From: an uncultured delta proteobacterium | GTDB taxonomy: Bacteria > Desulfobacterota > Desulfobacteria > Desulfobacterales > JAFDCJ01 | Length of the DNA: 64,000 bases | NCBI GenBank assembly: GCA_963769935.1 | Contig: CAVYNY010000016.1 | Location: 320,001-384,000 of the forward strand | Direction of reading: 5' to 3' | Part shown: piece by piece, positions 1-10,634 of the stretch | How the letters are laid out: every line of letters starts with the position of its first letter | Numbering within the stretch: the stretch's first letter is position 1 | Notes under the pieces: model-generated | Told to the model about the DNA's origin: nothing | What the model saw: the letters and a program-made list of their open reading frames with translations, nothing else | Databases searched by the model: none | Position numbers and translations under genes: made by a program

Positions 1-127
1 TATTCAATATAACTGTACCCTCGATGCCCTCGCAAAAAACCGGTTGGATCGGAATCTTTGATAATTCTTTATGTGGGGAATGGATAAGCCCTATCGGCCG
101 GAAATCAAATTTTTCATCATTCATCAT
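1..127 (-). CDS. trmO: tRNA t6A37 N6-methyltransferase TrmO/TsaA family, 5' part (runs off window)
   Basis: Manual minus-strand translation MMNDEKFDFRPIGLIHSPHKELSKIPIQPVFCEGIEGTVILN matches the TrmO N-terminal pattern (PIGxIHSP...PIQP...EG). Confidence 0.75.
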   Translation of the reverse strand, partial: MMNDEKFDFRPIGLIHSPHKELSKIPIQPVFCEGIEGTVILN

Positions 128-284
128 AATATCCTTGCGTCTCTTGCTTCCACCAAAAATATACGCTTCGGCGCGTGGCTCGAAGAGGGGATCTCCCAAG
201 ACAATAAAATGATAACCTTTGTGCCTGTGAATTTCAAGAGGCCTTTAAAACAATATTTTCAGTAATCAAACAGGTTAATTGGAG

Positions 285-312
285 TTGACCTTGCAAGCGC
301 CGGTAGTATAAT
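285..312 (+). promoter_or_regulatory. Putative sigma70 promoter upstream of the kinase operon
   Basis: TTGACC (285-290), 16-nt spacer, TATAAT (307-312). Confidence 0.45.
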
Positions 313-380
313 GTCTATATATTCTCTAAAACCAGGGTGTTGAAAATTTTCGAAGGATTCAGGTCCGTTGGGAAATTGAA

Positions 381-500
381 GTGCCTTCAGCAGTAGCATA
401 CCTGGAAACATCTCTTGCGTCCTGCTTGACGCATCTCCAATTTCTGCACCGGAAGAGGATCTGCCTGCGCAACACCAATGTGATCGAGCGGCTTAATGAA
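381..500 (+). pseudogene. IS256-family transposase C-terminal remnant
   Basis: AVAYLETSLASCLTHLQF..HRKRICLRNTNVIERLNE resembles the IS256 H(R)xxIRTTNxIERLNxE motif; truncated on both sides. Confidence 0.6.
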
Positions 501-616
501 GCTCCCTGCAGCAAGCTGTGGGGTATCAAAGCGGAATTGCGCCGAAGTTCACCTTGCCCTTCATCCCTACAGTCCCGCTGAAAGCGGGATAGGGTATTCG
601 GGCGAAGGCGAATAAA
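495..616. mobile_element. Non-autonomous IS200/IS605-like (PATE-like) element with two hairpins
   Basis: CCCTGCAGC-AA-GCTGTGGGGTATC and a second related hairpin CCCTACAG...TAGGGTATT with no transposase between them; it interrupts the IS256 remnant. Confidence 0.5.
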
Positions 617-716
617 GAATTCAAACATCGAACCCAAAGGGGTATGTTTGTAAACCGATAACGCGGGACTTGGATGCAATGGTGATGGAAAGTTTGCCTC
701 AAGGAGATCGACCTGC

Positions 717-3700
717 ATGAAACTTCGCACGCAGTTGCTTTTAGGTTATGCAGCGCTCTTTGCGCTGATGATCATCGTCGCGGCGGTCACTTACCAGAGC
801 ACCAACGCGCTTGTCGAGACCCAAGGCCTGGTCACGCAGACCCATCTTATAAACACCAAGGTGCGACTATTGATGCGCTTGATGGTGGACATGCAGACCG
901 GGATTCGAGGCTACGCGCTGACCGGCAGGGATGAATTTCTGGAACCCTATGAGGCGGCCAAAGCTTCCTATGGGATAACGATCTCCGAAATTAAAGACAT
1001 GATCACCCACAACCCGTCCCAGTCGACCCAATTAAACGAAATCGAAGCGCTGGCCGTCCGCTGGCAGAAAGAGGTCGCGCTGCCGGTTATTCAGGCCAGA
1101 AGAGATATTGTGACCGGTCCACCCGGCGCCGACATGAGCAGGGTTATTGCCCTGGTCGAGCAGCAAACCGACCGAACGACAATGAATATAATCCGCGACA
1201 ACATCACGCAGTTCGTCGATGCACAGAGCGGACTTCTTACCCAGCGGGAAATCAGCACCCGGCAGGCCGCCGCGCGCAGTATCTGGATCGTGGTCTTTGG
1301 TACCGGCCTCGCCGTCGTTTTGGGAACGGGTGCCATGGTTTATACCATCCGTGCCATCATGCAACAGGTGGGTGGCGAGCCGAGCGCGATTGCCGGAATT
1401 GCAGAGCAGATTGCGCGCGGCAACTTGGACGTGAAGAACGTGACCGAGGCCCGGGCCGCGACCGGCATAAACGCCGCCATAGGGGCCATGCTGATCTCGC
1501 TCAGGGAAAATCGGGCTCAAATCCAGCTGAAGGACTGGCTTAAGACGGGGACCGCACGGCTGAACGAGGCTATGCGCGGCGATCCGGAAATCGACACGTT
1601 GGCCTCAAAGGTGATTTCCGAGGTTTGTTCCTACCTCGACGCCCAGATAGGCGCTTTTTATCTCGCGCAGGAGACTGCCACACCGGTGCTGTCGCTTCTA
1701 ACCAGTTACGCCTACCCCAAACGCAAAGATCTGTCCAATATTTTCAAACCGGGAGAGGGGCTCGTCGGACAGGCGTTCCTGGAAAAACGGCAGATTCTCG
1801 TCAGCAAAGTGCCTGCGGACTATGTCAAAGTGACCTCCGGCCTGGGTGAACACACCCCCCGGTTCATCTGCGTGACCCCGTTCCTGTACGAAGGCCGCGT
1901 AAAGGGCGTTGTCGAAATAGGGACGCTTTACGAAATAACCGACCGCGAACTGGAATACTTGGCGCAGGCGATGCCCGCACTCGGGGTGGCCGTCGAAAGC
2001 GCCCAGAGCAGAACGCGGCTGGCCAGCTCGCTGGAGGAATCCCAGCAGCTTTCCGAGGAGCTGCAGGCTCAGCAGGAAGAGCTTAAAACCGCCAACGAAG
2101 AGCTGCAGGAGCAAGCCCAGCGACTCGAGGAGTCCGAGGAAAAACTTAAGACCCAGCAGGAAGAACTCCAGGCCAGCAACGAAGAATTGGAAGAAAAGAA
2201 CGACCTGCTGGAACGTCAGAAAAGGGAAGTCCAGCTGGCCGGAAAGGACATCGAGGACAAGGCCGAGAAACTGGCTTTGGCCAGCAAATACAAATCCGAG
2301 TTCCTGTCGAATATGTCCCACGAGCTCAGGACGCCCCTGAACAGCCTGTTGCTCCTGGCCCAGGGTCTGGCGCAAAACAAGAACGGCAATCTGACCGACG
2401 AGCAGGTTGAATCCGCAGGGATCATCCACGCAGCCGGCAGCGACCTGCTCAACCTGATCAACGAGATCCTCGATCTTTCCAAGATTGAGGCCGGACGCAT
2501 GGATTTGCACATCGGCAAAGTGCCCGTGAGCGATCTGGCGGACGGTGTCAGGACCTCTTTCGGGCACATGGCTCATGACAAGGGCCTGGAGCTCGAAGTC
2601 ATCGTGGACCAGGAGGCACCAGCCGAGATCACCAGCGATCGAAAACGCCTGGAGCAGATTATCCGCAACCTGGTTTCAAATGCTATCAAGTTCACGGAAA
2701 ATGGGAACATCCAGGTCATTTTCAGCCGACCGGCCCCATCGGGCGATCTGGTCAACAGCGGGCTTATCTCCAGCGAATGGCTGGCCATTGCGGTCAAGGA
2801 CACCGGCATCGGCATCACTTCTGAACAGCAGAAGGTCATTTTCGAAGCGTTTCAGCAGGCAGACAGCGGAACGGCAAGAAAATATGGAGGAACGGGCCTG
2901 GGGCTTTCCATTTCAAGGGAACTCATACGCCTTTTGGGTGGTGAAATTCAGCTCGAAAGCAAGCCGGGTAGTGGATCGACCTTCACAATATACCTTCCTG
3001 TCGCTGTGTCGGCAAACCGCAAGGTCGCCCCGAGCCGTACCGCCACGGTCACTGTCTCCAGGGCCGATGAGAGCATATCGCACGGCTTGAGGCGGCCGAA
3101 ACCTGCTGTCGTTCAGATAGAAGACGACCGCCAACAGCTGGGAAAAGACGACCGCATCATCCTGATCATCGAGGACGATGCCAACTTTGCCCGTCTGCTC
3201 CATAAGAAGTGTCAAGAAAAGGGCTTCAAATGCCTGGCTGCACCCACCGGAGAGGCCGGACTGGAGCTCGCACAAGAGTACCTGCCCAGTGCGGTGATCC
3301 TCGATATCCGCCTTCCCGGCATGGATGGCTGGGACGTGCTGAGCGCGCTCAAAGAAAACACCAGGACCCGCCACATCCCGGTGCATATCGTCTCCGTTGA
3401 GGAAACCTCTACCGAAGCCCTGCGCAAGGGTGCGGTCGGACACGCCACTAAACCGCTCGGCCAGGAAGATCTTGAAGAAACCTTCCATAGGATCGAACAG
3501 GTTTCGGCTGCCGGACCGAAGCGTCTGCTGGTAGTAGAAGACGACCCGAAGATCCGCGCTGCGACCGTCAAGCTGATCGGCAATGGGGACGTGAAGGTGG
3601 ACGAAGTCGCAAACGCGGCCGAGGCCTTTGAAGCGCTGCGTTCCTCCCGCTACGATTGCGTGGTTATGGACCTGGGGCTGCCGGACATGGACGGTGGTGA

Positions 3701-4319
3701 ACTGCTCGCCAGGCTCGAAAGCGAAGGCGTGAATCTGCCTCCTGTGATCGTCCACACCGCCCGCGACCTCACCCGTGAAGAGGAAGCCGATATCCGCGAA
3801 CGGGCAGAGTCCATCGTCATTAAGGACGTCCGATCCCAGGAGCGGTTGTTGGACGAAGTATCGCTCTTTTTGCACCGGGTCGTGGGCCGGATGTCGGAGA
3901 ACAAGCGCAAGATCATCCGCTCCCTGCACGACACGGACGAGGCGCTGCGGGACAAAAAAGTGCTTGTAGTGGACGACGACATGCGCACGACATTTGCCGT
4001 GTCGCGTCTCCTGGCCGAACGGGGAATGCTGCCGATCAAGGCCCAAAACGGTGAGCGGGCACTACAGCTGCTCGACGAGCATCCAAACACGAACCTGGTG
4101 CTCATGGACATCATGATGCCCGTGATGGACGGCTACGACGCCATAAACCGGATCCGTGCCCAGGAAAGATTCCGCAACCTGCCGATCATCGCGCTGACGG
4201 CCAAGGCCATGCCGGAGGATCGCGCCAGATGCCTGGCGTCCGGTGCCAGCGACTACCTGACCAAGCCGGTAGACCCGGGGCGTCTGATCTCCATGATGCG
4301 GGTATGGCTTTACCGATAG
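717..4319 (+). CDS. Hybrid sensor histidine kinase (CHASE3-HAMP-GAF-HisKA-HATPase-3xREC)
   Basis: Two TMs flanking a CHASE3-like segment (DMQTGIRGYALTG), H-box FLSNMSHELRTPLN, G boxes DTGIGI and GGTGLGL, three C-terminal receiver domains. Confidence 0.95.
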   Translation: MKLRTQLLLGYAALFALMIIVAAVTYQSTNALVETQGLVTQTHLINTKVRLLMRLMVDMQTGIRGYALTGRDEFLEPYEAAKASYGITISEIKDMITHNPSQSTQLNEIEALAVRWQKEVALPVIQARRDIVTGPPGADMSRVIALVEQQTDRTTMNIIRDNITQFVDAQSGLLTQREISTRQAAARSIWIVVFGTGLAVVLGTGAMVYTIRAIMQQVGGEPSAIAGIAEQIARGNLDVKNVTEARAATGINAAIGAMLISLRENRAQIQLKDWLKTGTARLNEAMRGDPEIDTLASKVISEVCSYLDAQIGAFYLAQETATPVLSLLTSYAYPKRKDLSNIFKPGEGLVGQAFLEKRQILVSKVPADYVKVTSGLGEHTPRFICVTPFLYEGRVKGVVEIGTLYEITDRELEYLAQAMPALGVAVESAQSRTRLASSLEESQQLSEELQAQQEELKTANEELQEQAQRLEESEEKLKTQQEELQASNEELEEKNDLLERQKREVQLAGKDIEDKAEKLALASKYKSEFLSNMSHELRTPLNSLLLLAQGLAQNKNGNLTDEQVESAGIIHAAGSDLLNLINEILDLSKIEAGRMDLHIGKVPVSDLADGVRTSFGHMAHDKGLELEVIVDQEAPAEITSDRKRLEQIIRNLVSNAIKFTENGNIQVIFSRPAPSGDLVNSGLISSEWLAIAVKDTGIGITSEQQKVIFEAFQQADSGTARKYGGTGLGLSISRELIRLLGGEIQLESKPGSGSTFTIYLPVAVSANRKVAPSRTATVTVSRADESISHGLRRPKPAVVQIEDDRQQLGKDDRIILIIEDDANFARLLHKKCQEKGFKCLAAPTGEAGLELAQEYLPSAVILDIRLPGMDGWDVLSALKENTRTRHIPVHIVSVEETSTEALRKGAVGHATKPLGQEDLEETFHRIEQVSAAGPKRLLVVEDDPKIRAATVKLIGNGDVKVDEVANAAEAFEALRSSRYDCVVMDLGLPDMDGGELLARLESEGVNLPPVIVHTARDLTREEEADIRERAESIVIKDVRSQERLLDEVSLFLHRVVGRMSENKRKIIRSLHDTDEALRDKKVLVVDDDMRTTFAVSRLLAERGMLPIKAQNGERALQLLDEHPNTNLVLMDIMMPVMDGYDAINRIRAQERFRNLPIIALTAKAMPEDRARCLASGASDYLTKPVDPGRLISMMRVWLYR

Positions 4320-4329
4320 GGGCAAATCT

Positions 4330-5178
4330 ATGGAGCGCAGGAACGTTGTGAATGACGGCCAAATAGAACGAATCGAGCTCGATCTCCTGCTGGAGGCTGT
4401 CTACCGGCGCTATGGCTATGATTTCCGTTCATACGCCCGGGCATCCATCCGGCGCCGGACCAGACTCTTTCTTTCGAAACTCGGATACGCATCGGTATCC
4501 GAAATAATTCCGATGATCCTACGTGACAGGGAGCTGTTTAACCGGCTCGCGCATTATTTTTCAATTGCGGTAACCGAAATGTTTCGCGACCCGTTCGTCT
4601 ATAAAGCGGTGCGGAACAAGGTGATCCCGGTGCTCAGAACCTGGCCGCATTTTAAAATCTGGCATGCCGGGTGTGCGACAGGCGAAGAAGTCTATTCGTT
4701 GGCCATCGTGCTCAAAGAAGAAGGCGTTTACGAACGGGCCACCATTTATGCCACCGACTTCAATGACGAGGCCCTGGAACAGGGCCGGGAGGGAATTTTC
4801 GAGATCGGAAAATTGCAGGAGGCCACCCGAAACTACCAGCAGGCGGGCGGCAAAGCCTCGCTTGGAGAGTACTACCACGCGCGCTACGATGCTGCGGCCA
4901 TGGATTCGGCTCTTAAGGAACGCATCGTCTTTTCCGGACATAACCTGGCATCTGACAGCGTTTTTGGAGATATGCATCTGGTCTTCTGCCGCAACGTGCT
5001 CATCTACTTTAACCGCGAACTCCAGAACCGGGCGCTGGGACTTTTCACGGAAAGTCTGGTGCACGGAGGATTCTTGTGCCTGGGAACGAAGGAGGACCTG
5101 CAATTCTCAAATGCAAGCGGCAGCTACGACATCGTGGATGACGAGGCGCGCATCTACAAAAAGAAGAATGTGGCGTGA
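4330..5178 (+). CDS. cheR: CheR-type protein-glutamate O-methyltransferase
   Basis: VTEMFRDP, IWHAGCATGEEVYS and FCRNVLIYF motifs. Confidence 0.95.
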   Translation: MERRNVVNDGQIERIELDLLLEAVYRRYGYDFRSYARASIRRRTRLFLSKLGYASVSEIIPMILRDRELFNRLAHYFSIAVTEMFRDPFVYKAVRNKVIPVLRTWPHFKIWHAGCATGEEVYSLAIVLKEEGVYERATIYATDFNDEALEQGREGIFEIGKLQEATRNYQQAGGKASLGEYYHARYDAAAMDSALKERIVFSGHNLASDSVFGDMHLVFCRNVLIYFNRELQNRALGLFTESLVHGGFLCLGTKEDLQFSNASGSYDIVDDEARIYKKKNVA

Positions 5179-5810
5179 GCACTGAAGAAATCCAACGGGT
5201 GGCCCGCGACGGGCAATACAAAGCCATTTTGATGGGAGGGTCGGCCGGCGGCCTGGAGGCGCTCGAAATAATCCTGTCCGCCCTTCCTTCGGATTTTGTG
5301 ATGCCGGTGCTCGTGGTCCAGCACCTTCACGCGAGCGATGGCGGATCATTCTCAAAACATCTTGCCCGCACAATTCATCTTCTGGTGGTCGAGCCCTGCG
5401 ACAAGGAACGAATCGAACAGGGGCGCATCTATACCGCACCGGCCAACTACCACATGCTCGTGGAGCGCGACGGCACCATTGCGCTTTCGGTCGACGAACG
5501 GATCAACTGGTCGCGGCCTTCCATCGATGTGCTCTTCGAAAGCGCTGCTACCGCCTGGGGAGCCGGGCTTGTCGCCGTCATTCTTTCCGGCGCCAGCGCC
5601 GACGGAGCAAGGGGCATGCAAGCGGTCAAAATGGCTGCTGGTCTCACCATTGCTCAGGAACCTGCCAGTGCGAAACATCCGGTCATGCCCCAAGCGGCGA
5701 TTGATATCGGTGCGGTGGACCAAGTGTTGCGGCCGGCGGAAATCGGGCAGCTGTTGGCCGAGCTTAGCGAGCAGAACAAATCACGGGCTGTTAGGCTGCA
5801 CAAAGTGTAA
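5175..5810 (+). CDS. cheB: CheB methylesterase domain protein (no REC domain)
   Basis: GGSAGG, VVQH, RPSIDVLFES and ILSGASADG motifs; start overlaps the cheR stop. Confidence 0.93.
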   Translation: MSTEEIQRVARDGQYKAILMGGSAGGLEALEIILSALPSDFVMPVLVVQHLHASDGGSFSKHLARTIHLLVVEPCDKERIEQGRIYTAPANYHMLVERDGTIALSVDERINWSRPSIDVLFESAATAWGAGLVAVILSGASADGARGMQAVKMAAGLTIAQEPASAKHPVMPQAAIDIGAVDQVLRPAEIGQLLAELSEQNKSRAVRLHKV

Positions 5811-5835
5811 AATGGGCTTATGGGAGGACCTAAAG

Positions 5836-8160
5836 ATGACCGATAAACAGAAGATCTTGATCGTAGACGACATGCAAGAGAACCTCGTCGCCCTCCGGCA
5901 GGTCCTTAGCGAGCTCGATGCCGAACTAATCGAAGCCACCACAGGTAATCAGGCTCTCACCGCCACACTCGACCACCACTTCGCTGTGGCGATCCTGGAT
6001 GTGATGATGCCGGGGATGAACGGGTACGAATTGGCCGAGCACCTGCGGGGGGATAAAAAAACCCAGGTCATCCCGATCGTGTTCGTTACCGCATCCTACG
6101 CGGACGAACATCACCAATTTAAGGGCTATCAGGCGGGTGGTATCGACTATATCGTAAAACCCTACGCCCCTGAAGTCCTGCTCGGCAAGGTGAAAGTGTT
6201 TCTCGAGATGGACCGCGACAAGCGCGAGTTGCAAAGGCACCGCGACCACCTCGAGGCGCTGGTTGCCGAGCGAACTGCCGCGCTGGAAGAGCGGGTCAAG
6301 GAGGTCAAGTGTCTTTACGCAATTTCCAGCCTGGTCGCCAAGCCGGGTGAATACATCGAAAAGGCACTGCAGGATGCGGTGGGCCTGATTCCGCAGGGCT
6401 GGCAATATCCCGATGTTGCCTGCGCCCGGATTTCCTTCGAAGGACAGAAATTCATTACAAGCAACTTCAGAAAGACAGTTTGGAAACAATCCACCGACAT
6501 CGCGCTCACCGGCGAGGCCGTCGGAAAAGTGGAGGTTTTCTACCTCGAGGAAAGGCCCGCATGTGACGAAGGACCGTTCCTCAAGGAGGAAAGGGAACTG
6601 ATCGACGACATCGCCAGACAACTCGGCGTGATGATCCAGCGGGAAAAGGCGGAATGGGAGAGGGAACGACTGCTCTCGGCCATCGAGCAGGCCGGTGAGA
6701 TGATCGTCATCACCGATTCCCAGGGAGACATCCAATATGTCAACCCGGCTTTTAACCGGACAACGGGCTATAATCGCCAAGAGGCACTCGGTCAAAACCC
6801 GCGCCTGCTCAAAAGCGGCCAGCAGGACCAGGCCTTCTATCGGAATTTATGGCAAACCATCTCCGGCGGCCGCTTCTGGCAGGGACGCATGGTGAATAAG
6901 CGCAAGGATGGAACCCTCTTCACCGAGGAGGCGACGATTTCCCCGGTTCGCGACGCTTCGGGACCGATCGTCAGCTATGTGGCCGTGAAACACGATATCA
7001 CGGAACAACTGAAACTGGAGGCCCAGTTGCAGCAAGCACAAAAATTGGAATCCGTGGGCAGGCTGGCCGGCGGTGTGGCCCATGACTTTAACAATCTCTT
7101 GTCGGTGATCCTGGGTTACGGCGAAATTGTTCTGGAGAAACTGGAGGGGGGGCATCCTCTCAGGGAACCGTTGCAGGAGATTTATGAGGCTGCCAATCGC
7201 GCCAAAGACCTGACGCGCCAGTTGCTGGCCTTCAGCCGCAAACAGGTTCTGGAAGTGCGTGTCGTTGACATCCGCCATATCGTATCTGGTTTTGACAAGC
7301 TCTTGCGGCGCATGATCGGCGAAGACATCGAGCTCATGCTGGAGCTGGGCTCTGCGTCATTGCCCGTCAAAGCCGATATCTCCCAAATAGAACAGGTGCT
7401 GATGAACCTGGCCGTCAACGCCCGCGACGCCATGCCCGATGGCGGCACTTTGCGCATCGAGACCTCCGCGACAGAGCTTGATCAGACCTATGCCGCGGAA
7501 AAACCCGGCGTGACACCCGGCCCCTATGTTATGATCGAGGTGAGCGATACGGGCACAGGGATGGACAGCAAGATCTTGGAACGTCTCTTCGAGCCCTTTT
7601 TCACAACCAAGGGTGTGGAAAAGGGCACCGGTCTGGGGCTGGCCACTTCATACGGCATTATCAAGCAGCACGAGGGCAATATCTGGGTTTACAGTGAACC
7701 GGGCCGGGGAACTGTCTTCAAAATCTACCTGCCTCTGGCCGTTGAGACAGAAAAGCCGGCAACCCCCGCCCCGGTACGGCCGGAACCGATTGCCGGCACG
7801 GCGACGATCCTTGTGGTTGAAGATGATCTCTCCGTGCGCAAGCTGACATGCAGCATCCTGGCCGCCAAGGGATATCGGGTGCTAACGGCTCAAAGCGCGA
7901 AAAACGCCGTCGAAATGGCGCAACACCACGATTCGCCTGTTCACTTGCTGATCACCGATGTGGTCATGCCGGGCATGAATGGCCCTGAAGTGCATCGTCG
8001 CATCGCAGAATTCCATCCTCAGGTCAAGGTGCTTTACATGTCCGGTTATACGGGAGATATGATCACTCGCCAAGGTATTTTAAACGAGGGCATTCACTTC
8101 ATCCCGAAACCTTTCACGGTCAACCGGCTGCTGGAGAAGGTGGCCCATGTTTTAAGTTGA
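5836..8160 (+). CDS. Hybrid histidine kinase REC-PAS-HisKA-HATPase-REC
   Basis: Start MTDKQKILIVDD after a GGAGG RBS; H-box AGGVAHDFNN; PFFTTK and GTGLGL; C-terminal REC. Confidence 0.93.
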   Translation: MTDKQKILIVDDMQENLVALRQVLSELDAELIEATTGNQALTATLDHHFAVAILDVMMPGMNGYELAEHLRGDKKTQVIPIVFVTASYADEHHQFKGYQAGGIDYIVKPYAPEVLLGKVKVFLEMDRDKRELQRHRDHLEALVAERTAALEERVKEVKCLYAISSLVAKPGEYIEKALQDAVGLIPQGWQYPDVACARISFEGQKFITSNFRKTVWKQSTDIALTGEAVGKVEVFYLEERPACDEGPFLKEERELIDDIARQLGVMIQREKAEWERERLLSAIEQAGEMIVITDSQGDIQYVNPAFNRTTGYNRQEALGQNPRLLKSGQQDQAFYRNLWQTISGGRFWQGRMVNKRKDGTLFTEEATISPVRDASGPIVSYVAVKHDITEQLKLEAQLQQAQKLESVGRLAGGVAHDFNNLLSVILGYGEIVLEKLEGGHPLREPLQEIYEAANRAKDLTRQLLAFSRKQVLEVRVVDIRHIVSGFDKLLRRMIGEDIELMLELGSASLPVKADISQIEQVLMNLAVNARDAMPDGGTLRIETSATELDQTYAAEKPGVTPGPYVMIEVSDTGTGMDSKILERLFEPFFTTKGVEKGTGLGLATSYGIIKQHEGNIWVYSEPGRGTVFKIYLPLAVETEKPATPAPVRPEPIAGTATILVVEDDLSVRKLTCSILAAKGYRVLTAQSAKNAVEMAQHHDSPVHLLITDVVMPGMNGPEVHRRIAEFHPQVKVLYMSGYTGDMITRQGILNEGIHFIPKPFTVNRLLEKVAHVLS

Positions 8161-8258
8161 TCAAACGACCGGCATCGGCGACAAGGAATTATAAGTGCAA
8201 AGGTTAAGCTTTGGTGAGCTTCAAAAAGAAGTGCAATTTAACCGAGTTTGAATGGAAA

Positions 8259-10634
8259 ATGGATTTGACGCGAATACCTACCTATGAAGAATTAGAGGAA
8301 CGGGTTCGGGAGCTTGAAAACGCGGAACGCGAACGCAAGGAGGTCGAAGAGGCTCTCCGTCAGGACGTGGACAAATTCCGGCGGTTGTTCGAACTGGAGT
8401 CGGACGCGCTGGTCCTTATCGACAACGCGAACGGCCGCATCCTGGAAGCCAATCGATCGGCGACCGAGATCTATGGCTACAGCCGGAAACAACTGTTAAA
8501 ACTGCGCAATGTCGATCTTTCAGCCGAACCGCAGCGCACCAGTCAGGCCACCCGGGACGAACTGCCGATAGTACCGGTGCGCTACCACCGAAAAAAAGAC
8601 GGGACCGTCTTTCCGGTGGAGATCACGGGGAGCCACTTCGAATGGCGGGGCCGCAAAGTGCACATCGCCGCCATCCGGGAAATCGGCTGGCGCCTGCATA
8701 TTGAGGAGGAGCTTCGGGCAAGCGAACAAAGATACCGGACCCTGTTCGAACGGAATCTAAACCCCATCGCCATCATCGATAGGACCGGCCGGTACATTGA
8801 GGCGAATCCGGCGTTCCTTGAATTTACGGAAAAAACCAAGGAACAACTCCTGCAAATGACCTACTTCGATTTTGCGCCTCCGGGAAAAGAGGATATCCAG
8901 GAAAAGTTAAGTCGCTCGTTTTGGGAAACCGGAGGGACCTTTGAAAAAGAATATTTTATCGACGGAAAGCTGAAAATCCAGGAACTCACCGTCTCGCCCA
9001 TTTCCTACCGGGGGACCGATGCGGTGGTCGGTGTGGGAAAAGATATTACCGAACGCAAGCGGTCCGATGCCAACCGGAAAAAAATGGAAGAAGAACTGAT
9101 AAAACGCAATCAATTCATTGAAACCATTTTGGATAATCTACCCATCGGATTGGCTGTCAACTATATCGATGAAGGAAAAGCAACCTACAGCAATAAAAAG
9201 TTCGAGGAAATATACGGGTGGTCGAAGGAGGAGCTTGATGATGTCGAAAATTTCTTTCAAAAAGTTTATCCGGATCCCGTGTATCGAGAGAAAATAAAAA
9301 GGCAGGTTTTCCAAGATATTCAATCCGGGGATCCGACAAGAATGATTTGGGAGGGCTTGGAGGCAACGGGAAAAGATGGACGCAAAAGGATTATTTTCGC
9401 CAAGAATATTCCTCTCTTAGAACAGAACTTGATGATCTCTACGGTTCAGGACATTACTGAAAGGCAATACTTGCAGAACCGGCTCCAGCAGGCGCAAAAA
9501 CTGGAGGCCCTCGGCACACTGGCCGGCGGTATTGCCCACGATTTCAATAATATTCTGTCGGCGATCATCGGATACACAGAACTTGCGCTGGATTCCCCTG
9601 AAAAGAGCACAACTTTCCACGATAACCTGCAGCAGGTTTTCGCCGCCGGGATGCGGGCGAAAGAACTGGTAAAGCAAATATTGGCCTTTGCGAGACAGTC
9701 GGAAGAAGAGCTCAAGCCGATTCGGCTGGATAAAAGCGTACGTGAGGTGCTTAGATTCATTCGCTCATCGGTTCCCACAACGATCAAAATAGAGCGAAGC
9801 CTGGAGACGGATTCCGTTGTCATGGGCAACGCCACTCAAGTCCATCAGATATTGATGAACCTATGCACCAATGCCGCGCAGGCCATGGAGGCAGAGGGCG
9901 GGGTACTGGAAGTCAGCTTAAAGAGTGCCAAAATTGACGGCAGCTACCAAACAGGAAAAACGATATTGAAGCCGGGAGAATATGTCGAAATCAAGGTGTC
10001 GGACACGGGCGTCGGTATTTCACCTGATATTATCGAGTCCATTTTTGACCCGTATTTTACCACCAAGGGGCCGGGCGAAGGAACCGGCATGGGCCTGGCG
10101 TTGGTTCATGGAATTGTCGAAAGCTACGGCGGGAAAATTACGGTAGACAGCAAACCGGGAGCGGGAACCGTCTTTACGATCTACCTGCCGAAGGTAAAAA
10201 AGCAAAAGGAAATTATCTCTCACGAAGCGGAAATCCTGCCGGGCGGAACCGAACATATTTTGTATGTTGACGATGAGCTTCCTCTCGCCAGCATGGGCGG
10301 CCGCGCCCTTGAAGGTCTGGGTTATACGGTGACGACAAGAACCAGCAGCGAGGAGGCGCTGGAGCTTTTTCGGGCCAAACCGAACGAATTTGATCTGGTT
10401 ATCACCGACATGACCATGCCCCATATGACGGGCGATCAGCTGGCGGCTGAAATGATGAAAATACGGTTTGATATCCCGATTATTCTTTGTACCGGATACA
10501 GCAAAAAAATATCGGGCAAAACAGTATCCGATATCGGTATCAGGGCTTTTGCATACAAACCCATCGTAAGGGCTGATTTGGCCAAAACGGTCCGCAAAGT
10601 GCTGGATGAGGCCAGTCAGAATTCAAAAGCTTGA
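8259..10634 (+). CDS. Multi-PAS hybrid histidine kinase with C-terminal REC
   Basis: [14 protein letters not shown] leader, three PAS domains, [26 protein letters not shown]; start codon uncertain. Confidence 0.93.
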   Translation: MDLTRIPTYEELEERVRELENAERERKEVEEALRQDVDKFRRLFELESDALVLIDNANGRILEANRSATEIYGYSRKQLLKLRNVDLSAEPQRTSQATRDELPIVPVRYHRKKDGTVFPVEITGSHFEWRGRKVHIAAIREIGWRLHIEEELRASEQRYRTLFERNLNPIAIIDRTGRYIEANPAFLEFTEKTKEQLLQMTYFDFAPPGKEDIQEKLSRSFWETGGTFEKEYFIDGKLKIQELTVSPISYRGTDAVVGVGKDITERKRSDANRKKMEEELIKRNQFIETILDNLPIGLAVNYIDEGKATYSNKKFEEIYGWSKEELDDVENFFQKVYPDPVYREKIKRQVFQDIQSGDPTRMIWEGLEATGKDGRKRIIFAKNIPLLEQNLMISTVQDITERQYLQNRLQQAQKLEALGTLAGGIAHDFNNILSAIIGYTELALDSPEKSTTFHDNLQQVFAAGMRAKELVKQILAFARQSEEELKPIRLDKSVREVLRFIRSSVPTTIKIERSLETDSVVMGNATQVHQILMNLCTNAAQAMEAEGGVLEVSLKSAKIDGSYQTGKTILKPGEYVEIKVSDTGVGISPDIIESIFDPYFTTKGPGEGTGMGLALVHGIVESYGGKITVDSKPGAGTVFTIYLPKVKKQKEIISHEAEILPGGTEHILYVDDELPLASMGGRALEGLGYTVTTRTSSEEALELFRAKPNEFDLVITDMTMPHMTGDQLAAEMMKIRFDIPIILCTGYSKKISGKTVSDIGIRAFAYKPIVRADLAKTVRKVLDEASQNSKA

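Noticed and set aside
5338..5835. N-terminal extension of the 940-aa kinase ORF
   Set aside because: It overlaps cheB in another frame; an RBS and the REC domain start at 5836
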